Shown here: piece by piece, positions 50,994-64,000 of the stretch
Numbering within the stretch: position 1 is the first letter of the stretch
How the letters are laid out: each line of letters opens with the position of its first letter
From: Rhizophagus irregularis
Lineage: Eukaryota
Assembly: GCF_026210795.1 (NCBI RefSeq)
Contig: NC_089430.1
Coordinates: forward strand, 3,906,001 to 3,970,000
Direction of reading: 5' to 3'
Length of the DNA: 64,000 nucleotides
Notes under the pieces: generated by a model
What the model saw: the letters and a program-made list of their open reading frames with translations, nothing else
Database searches by the model: none
Told to the model about the DNA's origin: nothing
Made by a program: the position numbers and the translations under genes

Positions 50994-53900
50994 CTAAGAT
51001 CCACCACGGATTATAGAAGAGGAAACCCAAGAAACCCAGGAATCCGAGGAAACTGTTGCCAAGGAAGGTGTCAAAGAATCAGGAGGAATGTAAGAAGAAA
51101 GTTGAAAAATAGAAGAAGGCCCAAGAGCTGACAATTTCATTTTTTTTGTAATGCCTTGAGCTGATTTCCAATGATGAAAGAAAATGGAACGGCACAACCA
51201 GATTTGTACATAAAGGTCAAAATGAAAGTCGTATAAAGGTGTATCTAAGATAGACCAAATGGTAAATGATGAAAAATAATTTCCAAGAAATTCTGTAAGA
51301 GATATCGGTATAAGTCCACGTGCAAGCTTCAGACAGGAAATTGAAGGAGGGTCACAATCCCAGCAATCAATAGATTTAAAATCAGCAGCGAAGGAATCCG
51401 ATAAAGGTAGTAAAGATGACTCAGAAAGAAATTTATCAAGATAAGTAGTCCGAAGATCCAGTAATAGTGCTTTAAAAGTTGTTAAAGGGCTAAATTCTGG
51501 TAAGATATAAGGACAAGTCCACAAGTGGTCTAAGGTTTCAGGAGAAGAGTTACATTGAGGACAAAGCCAACTCGGATTATAAAGATGAGGTTTTTGTCTC
51601 TGGAGAGTTGTAAGCGTTAGAAGCATATCTAATAATAATTTGATACGGAAGCTACAAAAATCGGAACGGCCATTCCGATGAGAGACAAATTGCTTATTGT
51701 TGTTAAGACAAAATTTGGTGCAAGCCCAATCGATATCTGAAGTTGGGGAACAGGAATTAAATCTTGGTAATGCAGCAAGAGTTAAAAGACTTTTAGCGTC
51801 AAAGATATCTCTAACAAATTTCCGGATATTCATATCTACAGGTAAAGAATTAAATTGTAAAATGCAAGGAGCCAATAATTCTGACAATGGACGAGAAGAA
51901 AGATATGAATCAGTGTGAGCGGCTTTGGCTAGAGCATCCACATGATTATTCAAAGGGTTGTCAGCGTAAGCAGGAACCTTGATCAAGGTAACATCCAGAT
52001 TCTTTAGTGAGCATTCGTCGTATAGAAGACCGAAGGTGGTTGGGTTCTTTAAGTAATTTAGGAATAAAAGGAGCATTCACATACGAAGACCATAAAGAAA
52101 GTAATTGAGCACAATCAGTGGCGACAGTAATCTTTGAATTCCGAGGGAGGGAGTCCAATCCATGCATTAAAGCACAAATTTCTGAACGTAAAGCAGAAGG
52201 AAAAATAAAAGAAATAATATTATAGTGAGATTCCAAAATAAATCCGTCAGGATCTATAGCAGTCCATGCATAAGCCATCGAGGATATCAGATGACTAGAA
52301 GGAGGGAGGAAAGAACCATCCATATAAAGTGTAGACACCGAAGAAGGAAGTTGGATATCAGAAATCCTAGGCACTTGGTTATTCATAGAAGGTAATCGAA
52401 CTAAAAGATGGAATAATAAAAGAGATTTGGCATAACCTAACGAGGCAGAAAGTGAAACCGAGCGAGTGTCCGCATGTATGTAAGTACGAAGTTTCGTAGG
52501 ATAATGGATCAAACTTGATAACGGAACATAAGAAAAGCATCCTTCAGAGGGACATCGTTTAAGTAAAGTCTTAGAGGTAGAGGATCGCGGAATAGCAGAG
52601 GCATAACCTTGGCATGCAGTAAATTCAGAAAGCAAATCATCAACAGATGACGCAATCCAATGTGAAATAAGAGCTTCATTACGCGGAGCAGGATAGGTAG
52701 TAATCACACGGCCAACAAGAAAAGAGTTAGTATTACGATTAAAAGAAATAGCCCATTGGGGTTAAACCAATAATTTCGACTAATATCTATAAAAGAAATA
52801 AAAGCTACAGTATGAGAAATAGGAATTCTAAATTGTGGTAAAACAAACAAAGAAGGAGAATTAGGAATAACAATAAGATTAAATAAATAATTAAACCAAG
52901 CAGGCACAGATCCTTTGTTTGATACTCGTTTAAGAAAGCATAAATCTTTCCACGAGAGGAGTCGAGAGCCACACGGTGTAATCAATTGAGCAAGAAAACG
53001 AGTGCAGAAATTTTTTCGAATATTATTCATGGAAATAAATAAATCTTTCGGTAAAATAGAACGGAGTGGAATCGCCGGACATAGATCCTTTCTCGGAGGT
53101 CAGAACAATAAAGACCACGTGATATTTAATCGAGAAGAGAATAATAAAGAATTGAACAAAGAATGTGTTCGCAAGGAAAATGTATGGGACTATGGTTCTA
53201 AATCAATAGTAGAAGGACAGGCATCACAATCCAAAAATCCTTGAAGATAAGTAATCATACAGTTGGCAAAAAGCTTGTATGAAGGGTGAGAAAAAATTCT
53301 TTGCCATGAAGCCACATGAGATGATAGGAATCGACCAAACGCTTGTTGGATAGAGAACGGCAACAGTGTGAAAAGCGCGGAAAGAGGAGTGACTGAGGCC
53401 AAACCAGCCTTCTGTCGAATAAGAGAGAGCATTGGAGAAACCATGCGATTAATGGTAGATTCAGCAAATAATGTGGTTTGAAGGCGAAATTCTAGCCTTG
53501 GAAGTAAGACAATGTTATAAAGATAGGCCACATGTTGTGCCAAAAGCTTTTTAGGACTGAGTAGAGCAGCCATGTCTTTGACCATGGAAGTACATTGATC
53601 ATGAACAAAATGAGAGGAAGCTGAAAGACAAAACCAGACACCTAAAAAATGGAAAGATTTAGATAAAGCTAACGCCTTCAATGTAAGGGAACAAATAGGG
53701 ATTAAGGGGGATGGAAAAAGATCAAACACTATAGTTTGAGAAAATTGTTCAGAAGAAAGAAGGATATATTTTGCAGAATTCGCTTGAGTATTATTTAAAG
53801 TATAGAATTCAGCAGTAATGGAAAGGCGATCTTCAATTCCTCGTTTAGATGAAGCAATCAAAGTAGAATCATCCATAAATGTAATATGCGAAACAGGAAG

Positions 53901-56389
53901 ATTGTATTGTTCATATTCAATTGGAGAATAATCCAATAATGCAGAAGATTTCAAAATAAAAGGATCACAAGCATCTCGATTAAGTATGGTAAGCAAAGGA
54001 TCCAAGTAAATAACCCATAATAATGGAGAAATGATTTCACCCTGGTCAATACCAATTTTAACTCTATATCCAGAAGTATCACCATGATAGGTAATAATTT
54101 TATTATTACGTCTTGTAAAAAGATTAATGATAAATTTGATCAGTAAAGACGGTATGTGTAGACGAATTAGAGCTAGTCTGAGCATATTCAAGTCAATTGA
54201 GTCGAAGGCCTTAGAAATGTCCTGAGAAACAATCCATAACTCTTGGGCATCAGTTTTATCAAAACGTCGTTGATGAATAATAGCATCAAGCATCTTAATA
54301 GGAATATCAGTAGAACCACCTGGTAATCCAGCAAAATTACCACCTTGGAGCACTTGATTGTCAGCTAGGATCTTTGAAAGCCGAATTGTAACAACCTTAA
54401 CCACACATTTCCGAACGGTTTCCAATAAAGTGATAGGACGCGTATTCTTTAATTGTGCATCAAATTCATGAGGCTTTGGAATGGGATAAACAAGCGCTTC
54501 ACGCCAATCAGCAGGAACATCTCCATGAATGAGACAGGCGTTAGCTAAGACAAGGGATAAATTAAAAGCGTCGCCAGTTAAATGTTTGAGCATTTCATAA
54601 GAAATTTTGGAAGGACCAGAGGCTTTATTGTTAGGCATAGAATTGAGAATGTTCTTCCATTCATCTTCCAGAATAGGAGACATGACCGAATTATATAATG
54701 ACGAATCAATATCAGAAAGAGGAGAATATGCTCTTTGCCATCGTGGAGGAAATGAATCCGTGGAAGAATACTGGACCAAAGGAGGAGTAACAACCGATTG
54801 AAAGTGTTTAATAGCAGCTTGTTTGATATCTAAAGGATCAGTAAGTAATGTGGGTTTGGAGTCAATAACAACCAAGACTCTATCAAGAACGATAGAATGA
54901 TGTTCCACTGATAGGGCTGAAGAAATAAAAGAGCCCGGAGACGTAGAGAAATGTTCATCTCTAAGAGCAGTATAATATTCAATAGAATCTACACGATGCT
55001 GATGAAATTGCGTGGAAAGATAAGCTGAGACCAAAGCCTTTTGTGAATGTAAAAATTTAACAAAAGTGAAAATTGGCGTTGTACTATAAGAAGGTATAGT
55101 ATAATCTGTTAAAAGAGATTTAAGGAGGATTAATTGGATGGGTAAAGAATTAATCATTTGTGAAATTTGAGCAGGACGACTAGGCTGAGACGTGGTCAAT
55201 TTAAACAATAATCTATCCAAGAATTTGTTGATAGCAATAAGCATGGTAAGCTCAGGAGGATATTTATGATGGTGAGTATTAGATACATGTTGAAATGGTA
55301 AAGAGTCAATGGCACCACCAAGAATAGAACGTTTAAGAGCGTGCCAAAGTTTATCCAGGGAAAGGGCTGAAAGTGAAGATATGGAGGGATAATGTGTGGA
55401 CAAGTATAACTCAAGACGTGAGTTCACTTCATTAGAAAATTTATCCCAAGTATCTTCGTTCAAGTTTTTATAAAGAAAAATGGTGCGTTGTTCGCTTTTT
55501 TGCTTTATTCTAGCTTTAGCTAGAGTAGCGAAACAAGAGCTAAAATCAAAAGCCGTTGTAAGTACTCGGTGATCGGTAAATTGATTATCATTCAACTTAG
55601 GGCAAGTTTCAACATGAGAGAAAAGACCAGGAGCAGGAAATCCAGGGGACGACCAAATATAATCAAGTCTTGAAGAACCATTCTGATAATAGAAGGTAGG
55701 ACTTGGACCTGAAATTGAAGAGGTATGGGATTGATGATCCGTAAAATATCGAGAAGAAAGTGATCGCAAAATTTTTAAATGATGTCGAGGAAGATGTGAA
55801 TGTGAAATTTCATCTGCATTAAAATCACCAAGGATGACTACATGATAATTATTAGAATGGGCATTATCAAGCCACAAATTAAGTTGTGCAAAAATAGCAT
55901 CGCATTCTTTATAATGAATAGAATGATAAGGAGGAATATAGACAGAAATAATAGAAATTTTTGTTTGGTGGAAAAAAAGATCTAGTTTTAAAAGACGACC
56001 TTTCCAAGGATCAATCTTCTGAACATGTTTATGCAAAGGATGGCAAAGTAAAAGATAAGCCCATCGTGAGGTCGTGAATTAGAAGGAGAGGGAGCCCAAT
56101 AGGACTTAAAATTATATTGGGAATGTTCATTTTGATAAATAAATTTAGCACTGGAAGAAGTAAGACGAGTATCATTTAAAGATAAAATGCCGAAAGAGGA
56201 ATGGAGAAAATAATTTAACAAATGCAATTGTCTAACAGGGGAACATAAACCATTAACGTTAAGTTGTCCAAATGTAATAAGAAGGGAAGGAGAAGAGGAA
56301 TAGATATTGTTATTAAGATTATCAGGTAACACACTATCAGGGGGGTGAAGTCCCTGTAAATCACCAAGATTAAGTTGGTGTTCAATCAT
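50994..56389 (-). pseudogene. LINE ORF2: APE endonuclease - RT - RNase H - CCHC finger, frameshifted
   Basis: APE: QLNVNGL, LGDFN, RLDYIW, TDH. RT: RPITLL, DISKAFD, GIDQG..SPLL, FMDD. RNase H: YMDGS, RSE, TDC, DALAK. Finger: CPQC..ETLDHLWTC. Breaks near 56040, 53190, 52705 and 52000. Confidence 0.93.
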
Positions 56390-58903
56390 TAGAAGGGGAA
56401 GGCTTTGATGGGGTAAAAGGAGGTTCCAATTTATCCATTAATCGAATCCAAGATTGAGGGCGAGAAAGATTCTTTTGTGTATTAGAGACATTAGAAATTT
56501 CCAATTGCAGATGGGAAGCATTAGCATCAGGGGCAATAATAGTATGTCGAGAGTTAGGTAAGGGGACATGTCGTCTTGATAAGACGGAATTAGGGTCCAA
56601 AGCTGAGAAGGAGGCATCAGGGGAAGTGTCCATAAGAGAAGGAGAAGTATGGGGAGGAAGATTGAATCCTGAATTTGTGTCGTGGCCTGTAGCATCATCC
56701 CATCCATTATCATAAGAGTAAGTTTCTTGGTCATTATGAGGCGGGTACAAATCTGAGTCACCAGAATTATTGTTATCATAATTCATCATTGATTCGAGCT
56801 CAGATATTCTATAATCATGATGCGTGATAGTGTCCTGCATCCAGGAAACAGTTTCATCGAGAGATTTGAGGGTAGTAGCAATCTCTTTGATCTGCGCCTT
56901 TAGCTCATCAATGATATGTTGAGGAAGTGTATAGGCAGAATTGTCAGAAGAAGAGGTATGTGCAGAATTATTAGGATGAGGTACAAGTGGAGGTTGAGTA
57001 GAACCAGAAGAATGTTCATTATTCTTAAGATTATAATTATTATTGTTGGTCTGGTTACTACGTCGAGAAGTATTAGGACGAGAAGTGTTAGTATTATTAT
57101 TACTGTTGTTGGAACGGGATGAAGAGGAACTATTATTACGGGATCTGGAATTAGATCGTGATCTTGAACGGGAATTGGATTTATCACGTGATTGGTGTGA
57201 ATCCTGGCGACCACGTCTAGGGCCAGCATTGAAGCGAGAATAAAGTTTGTTAAGGCGATCATCCACTTTTCGTGTAGAACGAGGATTACAAACAGAAGGT
57301 GAACAACCAGGACGCCCTTAAGACAAACATGCATAGAGTATGTGCTTCATTGGGAGGGTGCCACGTCAACCCTTTGCCACGGAAAGCTACGGTCATTTCT
57401 TTCGCAGCCTCAAGAGTGTCAAATGAAGAGAAATTCAAATATGCATAGGGTTTAGGCTTGTACAAGTTGATAGACAGTGGGACATTAAGGGCTTTAGCAT
57501 TAACCTGAGAAGCAATTTCAAGAAGGTCGGCCTCTTTAATATTTTTTGGAATGCCGGCAAGAATAGCGACATGTTCTCTACGGCTGGCACGTTGGGATTT
57601 CGAAAAAGATGCCGGGCAGACACGTAAAGAATTGCCAAGGCAGATAATCGCCCAGATTTCATTAAATTGGGTAATTGCATCCGCGAAGGAAAATTAGATA
57701 TGACCATTGTAGTAATGTTTTTTAGGGGTGAGTTTGCATTTAATCACAGTGCCATATCGGGAAAATGCCTGGCGGACTTGCGTCTCGTTCAGGAAGAGTG
57801 AGATGTCGGTAACAAACAAAGACTTCGCTTCGTCATTGAGTTTGGCATCTGCAGGGGAATAGTGAGTAAAGGCTAAATTGAGAAGATCTGCACGTGGGAG
57901 CTGACACAATCGGTATAATCATGCTGATCATTAAAGAAGACAAGGATCTTTTTGTTATCGCGTGATCCATCGCAACGTGCACGGGCACCATAGGAAAGAT
58001 ATCGGGAGAGTGAACAATCCCCGTCGCGCGTGGAGCGATTAGTGGTGAATTTATCTTTGAACGTGTCGGGCGCGTCGCGTAGATAGGCCGCAGCATGATA
58101 ACGAGTGGGTGCGGATTTGATAGCGGCAGCATTACCATCAGGGGATGGTCGGCGTTCCGGGATATTGAAGGCGGAACGGACGCTTTGCTTTACCGTCGGT
58201 GTTAGAGGGGGCGTGGATAGAAGCGTCGACGGTTTCGAACAGGAGTAGTAGTATTTTGAAAAGAGGTGATCACTTGGACTTTGTTGACAGGAAGACCAGA
58301 AGGAACGGTAGAAACGAGGGTAGGAGCAGGAGGCGAGGGGGCGAAGTTATATCAACATTCATCAGAGTTCCAATCCGTCATCCTGACGGATAATCGCATT
58401 TTGACAGTTGTACGCTCATTTAATTAATATAAAAGAGCATTTTTTTTTAAGGATATCCTAAGAGCATAATACAGTATATAATTTAATAAATAAACTTTTT
58501 TTTCAAAAATGAAAGTGAGGAGAAATTAGGAACAGATTAAAATATCATCCGATCTGATGAAAATTTCAATCCGACTAAGATTTCACCCCATTTATTTTAT
58601 GTTCAATTAATTAAATAATGCATAGTCTGATCACCTTACATCGAATGCAGTTCCTAAATTATAAATTATGAAACATAAATGTCTCTTTCCAAAAATAAAT
58701 GAGAAGAGATTGATCATCCGTCGGATGACGGATTGGAACTCTACATTCATCGCGTCCTCAGAGACAGTACGTGTACGTTTATTGGGTGCGCCAGTGGTAC
58801 TAGTGGGAGATAAAGGTCGGTCTCCAGAGGGAGTAAAAACAATAGGACGCGGTGGCGGCGGAATATCCGGGTTAATAACAGAAGGAGCTGGAGGTGTAGT
58901 CAT
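56382..58903 (-). pseudogene. LINE ORF1 (RRM-like domain, RS/N-rich region, coiled coil), disrupted
   Basis: SLFVTDISLFLNETQVRQAFSRYGTV (RRM-like); intact C-terminal 294 aa; MITE insertion and many indels in 57300-58350. Confidence 0.82.
58364..58742. mobile_element. 379-bp Mutator-type MITE inside LINE ORF1
   Basis: TIR AGAGTTCCAATCCGTCATCC; 9-bp TSD ACATTCATC; removing it restores ...EDAMNVDITSP. Confidence 0.92.
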
Positions 58904-60663
58904 AGTTTAAAGCTCAGTAAAGAGGAAAGCAACTGTGGAAATATTAGTATTGTGAACGAGCATTTAGAAATTTTCGAATGAAAATTTCAAAAATAAATTT
59001 TATTAGTATTTTCAAAAATTCAGGAAAGAGTTGTGATGATCCTCATATATTTGGTGATTATAAAGAGATGTGACTATATAAAAAATTTCTTATATTAGTA
59101 TATCATAATTCCGGCCAAAAATTAACATAATTTTGGCCAAAATTATACTTAAAACTTTATTGTATCGTAACTCCTCCAATATTAATCGTAGAGAGATGAT
59201 CTTACCGCCATTCGATTCGTCTTGATGAGACGGTTCTAATGGTATAAAATACATCAAAATCCAATCACTAGATTAATTTCCGAAATTAAAAAAATATTAA
59301 TGGTTTTTGTGTAATAACTCTGCCAATATTGATCCTAGAGAGACGATCTTACTACCATTCGATTCGTCTTGATGCGACGAATCTAATGGTATAAAATACA
59401 TCGAAATCCAATCACTAGATCAATTTCCGAAATTAAAAAATATTAAATAGTTTTTAAGTAGTAACTCCGTCAATATTGATCATAGAGAGATGAGCTTACC
59501 ACCATTCGATTCGTCTTGATGAGGCGATTCCAACGAGCTATTAATCGTCTTTTTACAATCACTAGGTACCGAGATATTTAGCAAAATGTTAAATGGCGCA
59601 GTAAACGTAAATCAAGGAATATAATAATGCCGATGCTTAACATTTTGTTGAATAACTCATCGGCCAGTGATCGTAAAAGGATAAAACTACCACCATTCGA
59701 TTCGTCTCAGTGAGACGATTCTAACAAGCTATGGTACATCTTTGTACGATTATTAGATGCCAAGTTATTTAATATATTCTTTATATAACTGTGATTATAA
59801 ACGGTTCTTTTTAATATAAGATTTTTGAGGATAGGTGTGATAGTGACTATAGATAGATTGTGACTATATAGGATAGATTTTAATAATAAAGTGTTTTGAA
59901 CATTCAACTGATGTGACTATATAGTAGAATGTGACTATAACGGGAGTGACTATAGAGGGAGTTGACTGTATACCTTATTAGTTATTTCATCAAATCATGT
60001 GATTTATATGTTTTATGCAGAAGGAATTTTATATTTATTATAATATGAAACATATCAGTAATAAAAAATTTAGTGAAAAACCAATTGAATTAAAGAGAAA
60101 TAAGGTAATTTACTGTAAAACAAATTGCAATAATAAATTTATTCAAAGATAAATCAATTATATTTGTAGCAAATTATGTGTTATAATAATAATAATAGTA
60201 ATTTTATTCTTAAATCTCTTGTTTGCAAGAAAAAAATGTTTGAAAAATAAAGATAGAAAGTTTTTAATTTTAATATTAATTATTTGATTTTATAGAACAA
60301 GTGGGATTATAGGATTTTGATATAAAAAAAGGTCAGGTTACATGCTAAACAATATTATTTGCCTTTATATCTTTATTTAAATTTAATTAGTGTTTTTTTG
60401 ATCATAATTTTGTGATTCTGTTTTTCCTATATTAGAAATAGAGATAGTTAGTAATATAGTAGGATTAGAAATGGATTTGTGTGTTTTTTTTCTTTTTTTT
60501 GTTATTTGTTTTTAGTTTTTATTTTTAGAATATATTATATTTATTTATTATAAAGTCATATCATATTGCATGTATGATTCTAAGTATTTCTGTAATTAAA
60601 TATCTATTCTTAATAAAGAAATATTATTAAAAAATTTAAAAAAAAATTTATACAAAATTTAAA

Positions 60664-60672
<9 letters not shown>

Positions 60673-60721
<49 letters not shown>
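60673..60721. repeat. A49 homopolymer within an extremely AT-rich tract
   Basis: Direct count. Confidence 0.9.
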
Positions 60722-60728
<7 letters not shown>

Positions 60729-62032
60729 TTAAACTAAATATATAATAATACATAAAAATGTAATTTTTGTAATACTAATAAAGAAATATATGATTACTTA
60801 TAGTATTGTTTTAAATTAATAAATACAATATATGAAATAATAAATAAATTTAAGAAATATCTAAAAAGGACTGTAATGGAAAATATAAAGAAGGTAAATG
60901 AAATTCAATTTAAAAGACATATTGAAAAATTAGAAATATAAAATTTGCATAGTAGTTATAATTTTACATTAATATTAAAATGCCAGATTTAAATTAATAA
61001 AATTCGTTATTTAATATATATAAGATAACTAATATATTTATAATATAAAGAATATTAATAAATTAATTAGAAAATTACTATTAGATTTTAAAATATTAAT
61101 ATGGAAATCTAGAAATAAATTATAGATAATAAAAAAAAAGTGTAATATTAGTAATAAAAATAAAAAAAAATAAATAGTAAGTAAAATATAATAAAAAAAA
61201 TACAAAAGCATTTTATATTAAAAAAAAATAAATAAAATAAATAAAATAATTTTCTTTTTATTGTGATAAGTATTGGTTAAATTTTTAGGCAGTTTTTAAT
61301 AAATCATTTAAAAATTTTTGTTTATATTATTATTTTTAATAGTAATATAACTGTATAAGTAATAGATTAACTTTTTCTTTGAAAAAGTATTTCTATTTTA
61401 TAATACTAGTATTTTAGATCTTATATATATTTATTTTTCTTATTTGTATAAGCTGAATGTATATAAGTTAGCAATATTTAATATAATATAATAAGATTAC
61501 ATACTGTAAATAAAAAAACTATTAATTATATCAATATATATATTATATAATATTATAGCACTTAGTATTACAATTATGATTTTTACCATAATATTATAAC
61601 TATATTATAATGCTATAATTCTGTTATAATATTTTAATATTATAATTTAATATCATAATATTAATACTTCAAAAATAAAAAAAAAATAAAAAAAAATTGT
61701 AAATCAAATTTTAATAAAAATTGTCTTATAACTATAAAATTTAATACTACTACAATTATTTGAAATTTCTATAAATTAGTTATTAAGCTAAAATAATTTA
61801 TTAAGAATTAATTACTTTTTAACAAAAAAATTAATTAAAGTAAATGGATAAAATCCAAAAACTTGTAAATTGTTATATATTTATTTATATACTGTTAAAA
61901 TTATTTTAAGCTATTATAATTATAAGTAAATTTAATTATTTTAATTAGTATTTTAATACTTCATATAGTAAATTATATATATACAATATTCTAAATTATA
62001 TTTAAGGCATTTCAAAATAATTTTAGCAACAT

Positions 62033-62175
62033 ATAGGTCTGATCTAAAAAATTAAGGTAAAAGAATTTTTTGGTTAAAATTTAAAAGTTATTGTATTTTA
62101 ATCTAATTATATCAAAAGTATAATGCAAATTTTAAAAAAAATTCTCTAACCTTAATTTTTCTAGATCAGGCCCAT
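62033..62175. mobile_element. Small MITE
   Basis: GGTCTGATCTAAAAAATTAAGGT versus ACCTTAATTTTTCTAGATCAGGCC. Confidence 0.65.
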
Positions 62176-62933
62176 TATGTAATCTATTCAATCATAAATA
62201 TAATACCTATATTATAAATTAATTAAGAAGATATTATTGATTTTTAGAAAGTTTTTTGGAAGTATTTTAATCAAATTTTTTTTTAACAAGTATAAATATA
62301 TAAGCTTCCTGAGTATATCTGCTGATTAGGTAGAATACAATGCTTTATATATTTTATAAAATTTATTTTTAAATAAAATACTAGTAAAGATAAAAAAAAA
62401 ATCATAAATAAATGGAAAAATGTAATGTTTACTAATATATTTGAAATTTTTGTACTTTGCAAATAAATTTTATTCAATAAAAATAAATAAAATAATAGTC
62501 TGGCTTTTTATTAATTTTCATTTAATAAGAATAAAATATTTTTATTCTAAAACAAAGAGCTGCTTACATTTTTAAATTGACTTTTTTGACTATTACTTGT
62601 TCACATTTTTAGAATTGATCGTCATTTGAGCTACAAATCCCTTTGTTCTGCAACACCAAGCAGCTATGAAAGCTTTTCAATTCTTCGCAAATTATTGATT
62701 CCAAATATATCATACAAATACTATTTGTGGAACAACTCCTCATGTTTCACGAGAAATATAAAGACTTTCAAACACACACATCCGAATTACTTTACTTCTT
62801 GTTGCGGGGACTTCAGGAAGCTTTGCAATAAAAAAACTATAAGTAGAATTATCATAGTTAACACAGATCTCGTTTTCTCTCGATTTTATCAAGTATATAT
62901 TTAAACAATTATTGGAAATCAGGAAAATTCAAA

Positions 62934-64000
62934 ATGCCTTCTGAACATTCTCGCTCTTCATCGAGCTCTTCGGTAACATCGCCCATTCCGACAATTAACG
63001 TCAAGCTTGTCAAGTCCAACGGTAAAGATGGTCATGGTCAGTCAAATTCGAACAGTAGAGGATCTAATAGTGACCTTTTAGACATCTTCAACGCTCGTAC
63101 AGGTCAAACAAAAGATAAAGGCTCTAGGGATAAAAGTCCGTCTTCTAGGGATAGAAGTCCCTCACGTGGTAAGAGTCCTGGAAGAAGTAAAAGTTCTGAT
63201 AAACGAGGAAAAAGCCCTTCGGGCCGTAAAAGCCCTTCTGGTGATAAACTTCTTAGTTCGCCTAGAAGTCCGGGTTCGAGGTCTAGAAGCCCAGGGCCTC
63301 GTTCAAAGAGTCCAAATCGTAAAGAAACATCTTCACGTTCAAAGAGTCCCCGATCAAATAGCCAGAATCGTGATAACTCGATGAATAGATCTTCTTCTCA
63401 GGATGCTCGTCTTGGTATGGGTAGCAAAGGGGCGCACCCTTGGATTGCTCCATCACTTTCTTCTGAAAAAGGCGGCAATTCAAAAAACTCCAACAGATTA
63501 AGCCTTCCTCCTAACTTTGCTGACTTTAACATAAACAGCGTTATACGTGAAAGTAATGAACGATGGGCTAGATTAAATCTTGTTCCAAGTGATAAGGATA
63601 GCAAAACTAGTAGTATGGGAAATTTCTCTAAAACTGCTAGCCTTCGAGTGGTGAATCCTATTGCTCGCCCAAAACTTTCCGTTGAGACCTTTAATAGTTT
63701 GCTCGGTAGCAGGTCTATGCAAAGAACTCCTTCAGGTGGACGCACTGGAAATTTAAGTAATCCTTTTGCTGCTGGGGTTCCCTTGACCAGATCTAGAAGT
63801 CATAACTCTGCCATGGATGATTCCAAAAGAGTATATTCAAAGGATGATAAACCACACCCTCTTCAACATAATTGGTTAGTGCAATACACAATACAGTTAT
63901 ATAGAGGGATTTTTTTAACAAATTATTTTATTGATATATGTATATTTTTTACAGGACTATGTATTATGATAGTAAACCTGTCATGACACCTGGACCAAAA
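62934..64000 (+). CDS. eIF4E-family cap-binding protein (5' part) with a ~300-aa RS/SP-rich N-terminal extension
   Basis: Exon 1 is 62934-63874, followed by a GT-AG intron 63875-63954. Splicing gives HPLQHNWTMYYD, matching the eIF4E core start HPLxxxWxxW/Y. The gene runs off the window. Confidence 0.75.

Larger units (their letters stand above)
50662..59046 (-). mobile_element. Full-length (8385 bp) LINE retrotransposon, disrupted
   Basis: 15-bp TSD ATATTTGGTGATTAT (50647-50661 and 59047-59061); ORF1 plus ORF2. Confidence 0.95.
50608..59968. mobile_element. pogo-type non-autonomous element (family C) interrupted by the LINE
   Basis: TIR CAGTCAACTC.CT.TATAGTCAC; TA TSD; internal 147-bp repeats at 59170-59560. 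Confidence 0.88.

Noticed and set aside
63875..63986. C-terminal hydrophobic tail of the 350-aa ORF
   Set aside because: Read-through into an intron; splicing restores the eIF4E-like motif.
1..64000. tRNA/rRNA genes
   Set aside because: No cloverleaf or rRNA-conserved segments recognised by eye; tRNAscan-SE/Infernal were not run.

Overview
This is an AT-rich, intron-rich fungal genome segment. Gene structure and repeat landscape suggest an arbuscular mycorrhizal fungus (Glomeromycotina, Rhizophagus-like); that assignment is an inference. About two thirds of the window is nested transposon debris (hAT, Mutator, CACTA, pogo/Tc1 and Harbinger-type MITEs, many with readable TSDs, several carrying tandem arrays). 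It contains one young Ty3/Gypsy LTR element (11420-17265), a degenerate solo LTR of a related family, and one 8.4-kb disrupted LINE with APE, RT, RNase H and a CCHC finger. Host genes are BCP1/BCCIP, a membrane-anchored expansin-like DPBB protein, a PHO8-type alkaline phosphatase, the 5' part of an eIF4E-family gene with a long RS/SP-rich extension, and an intronless MYND-finger gene. The main observation is the LTR element. It has near-identical 1241-bp LTRs, a PBS, a PPT and a 4-bp TSD. Its single uninterrupted ORF joins a Cys-motif N-terminus, the RT thumb/connection and RNase H directly to a complete thymidylate/deoxynucleoside-kinase-like P-loop domain, where integrase would normally sit. 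All calls are by eye from motifs; no database searches were run.
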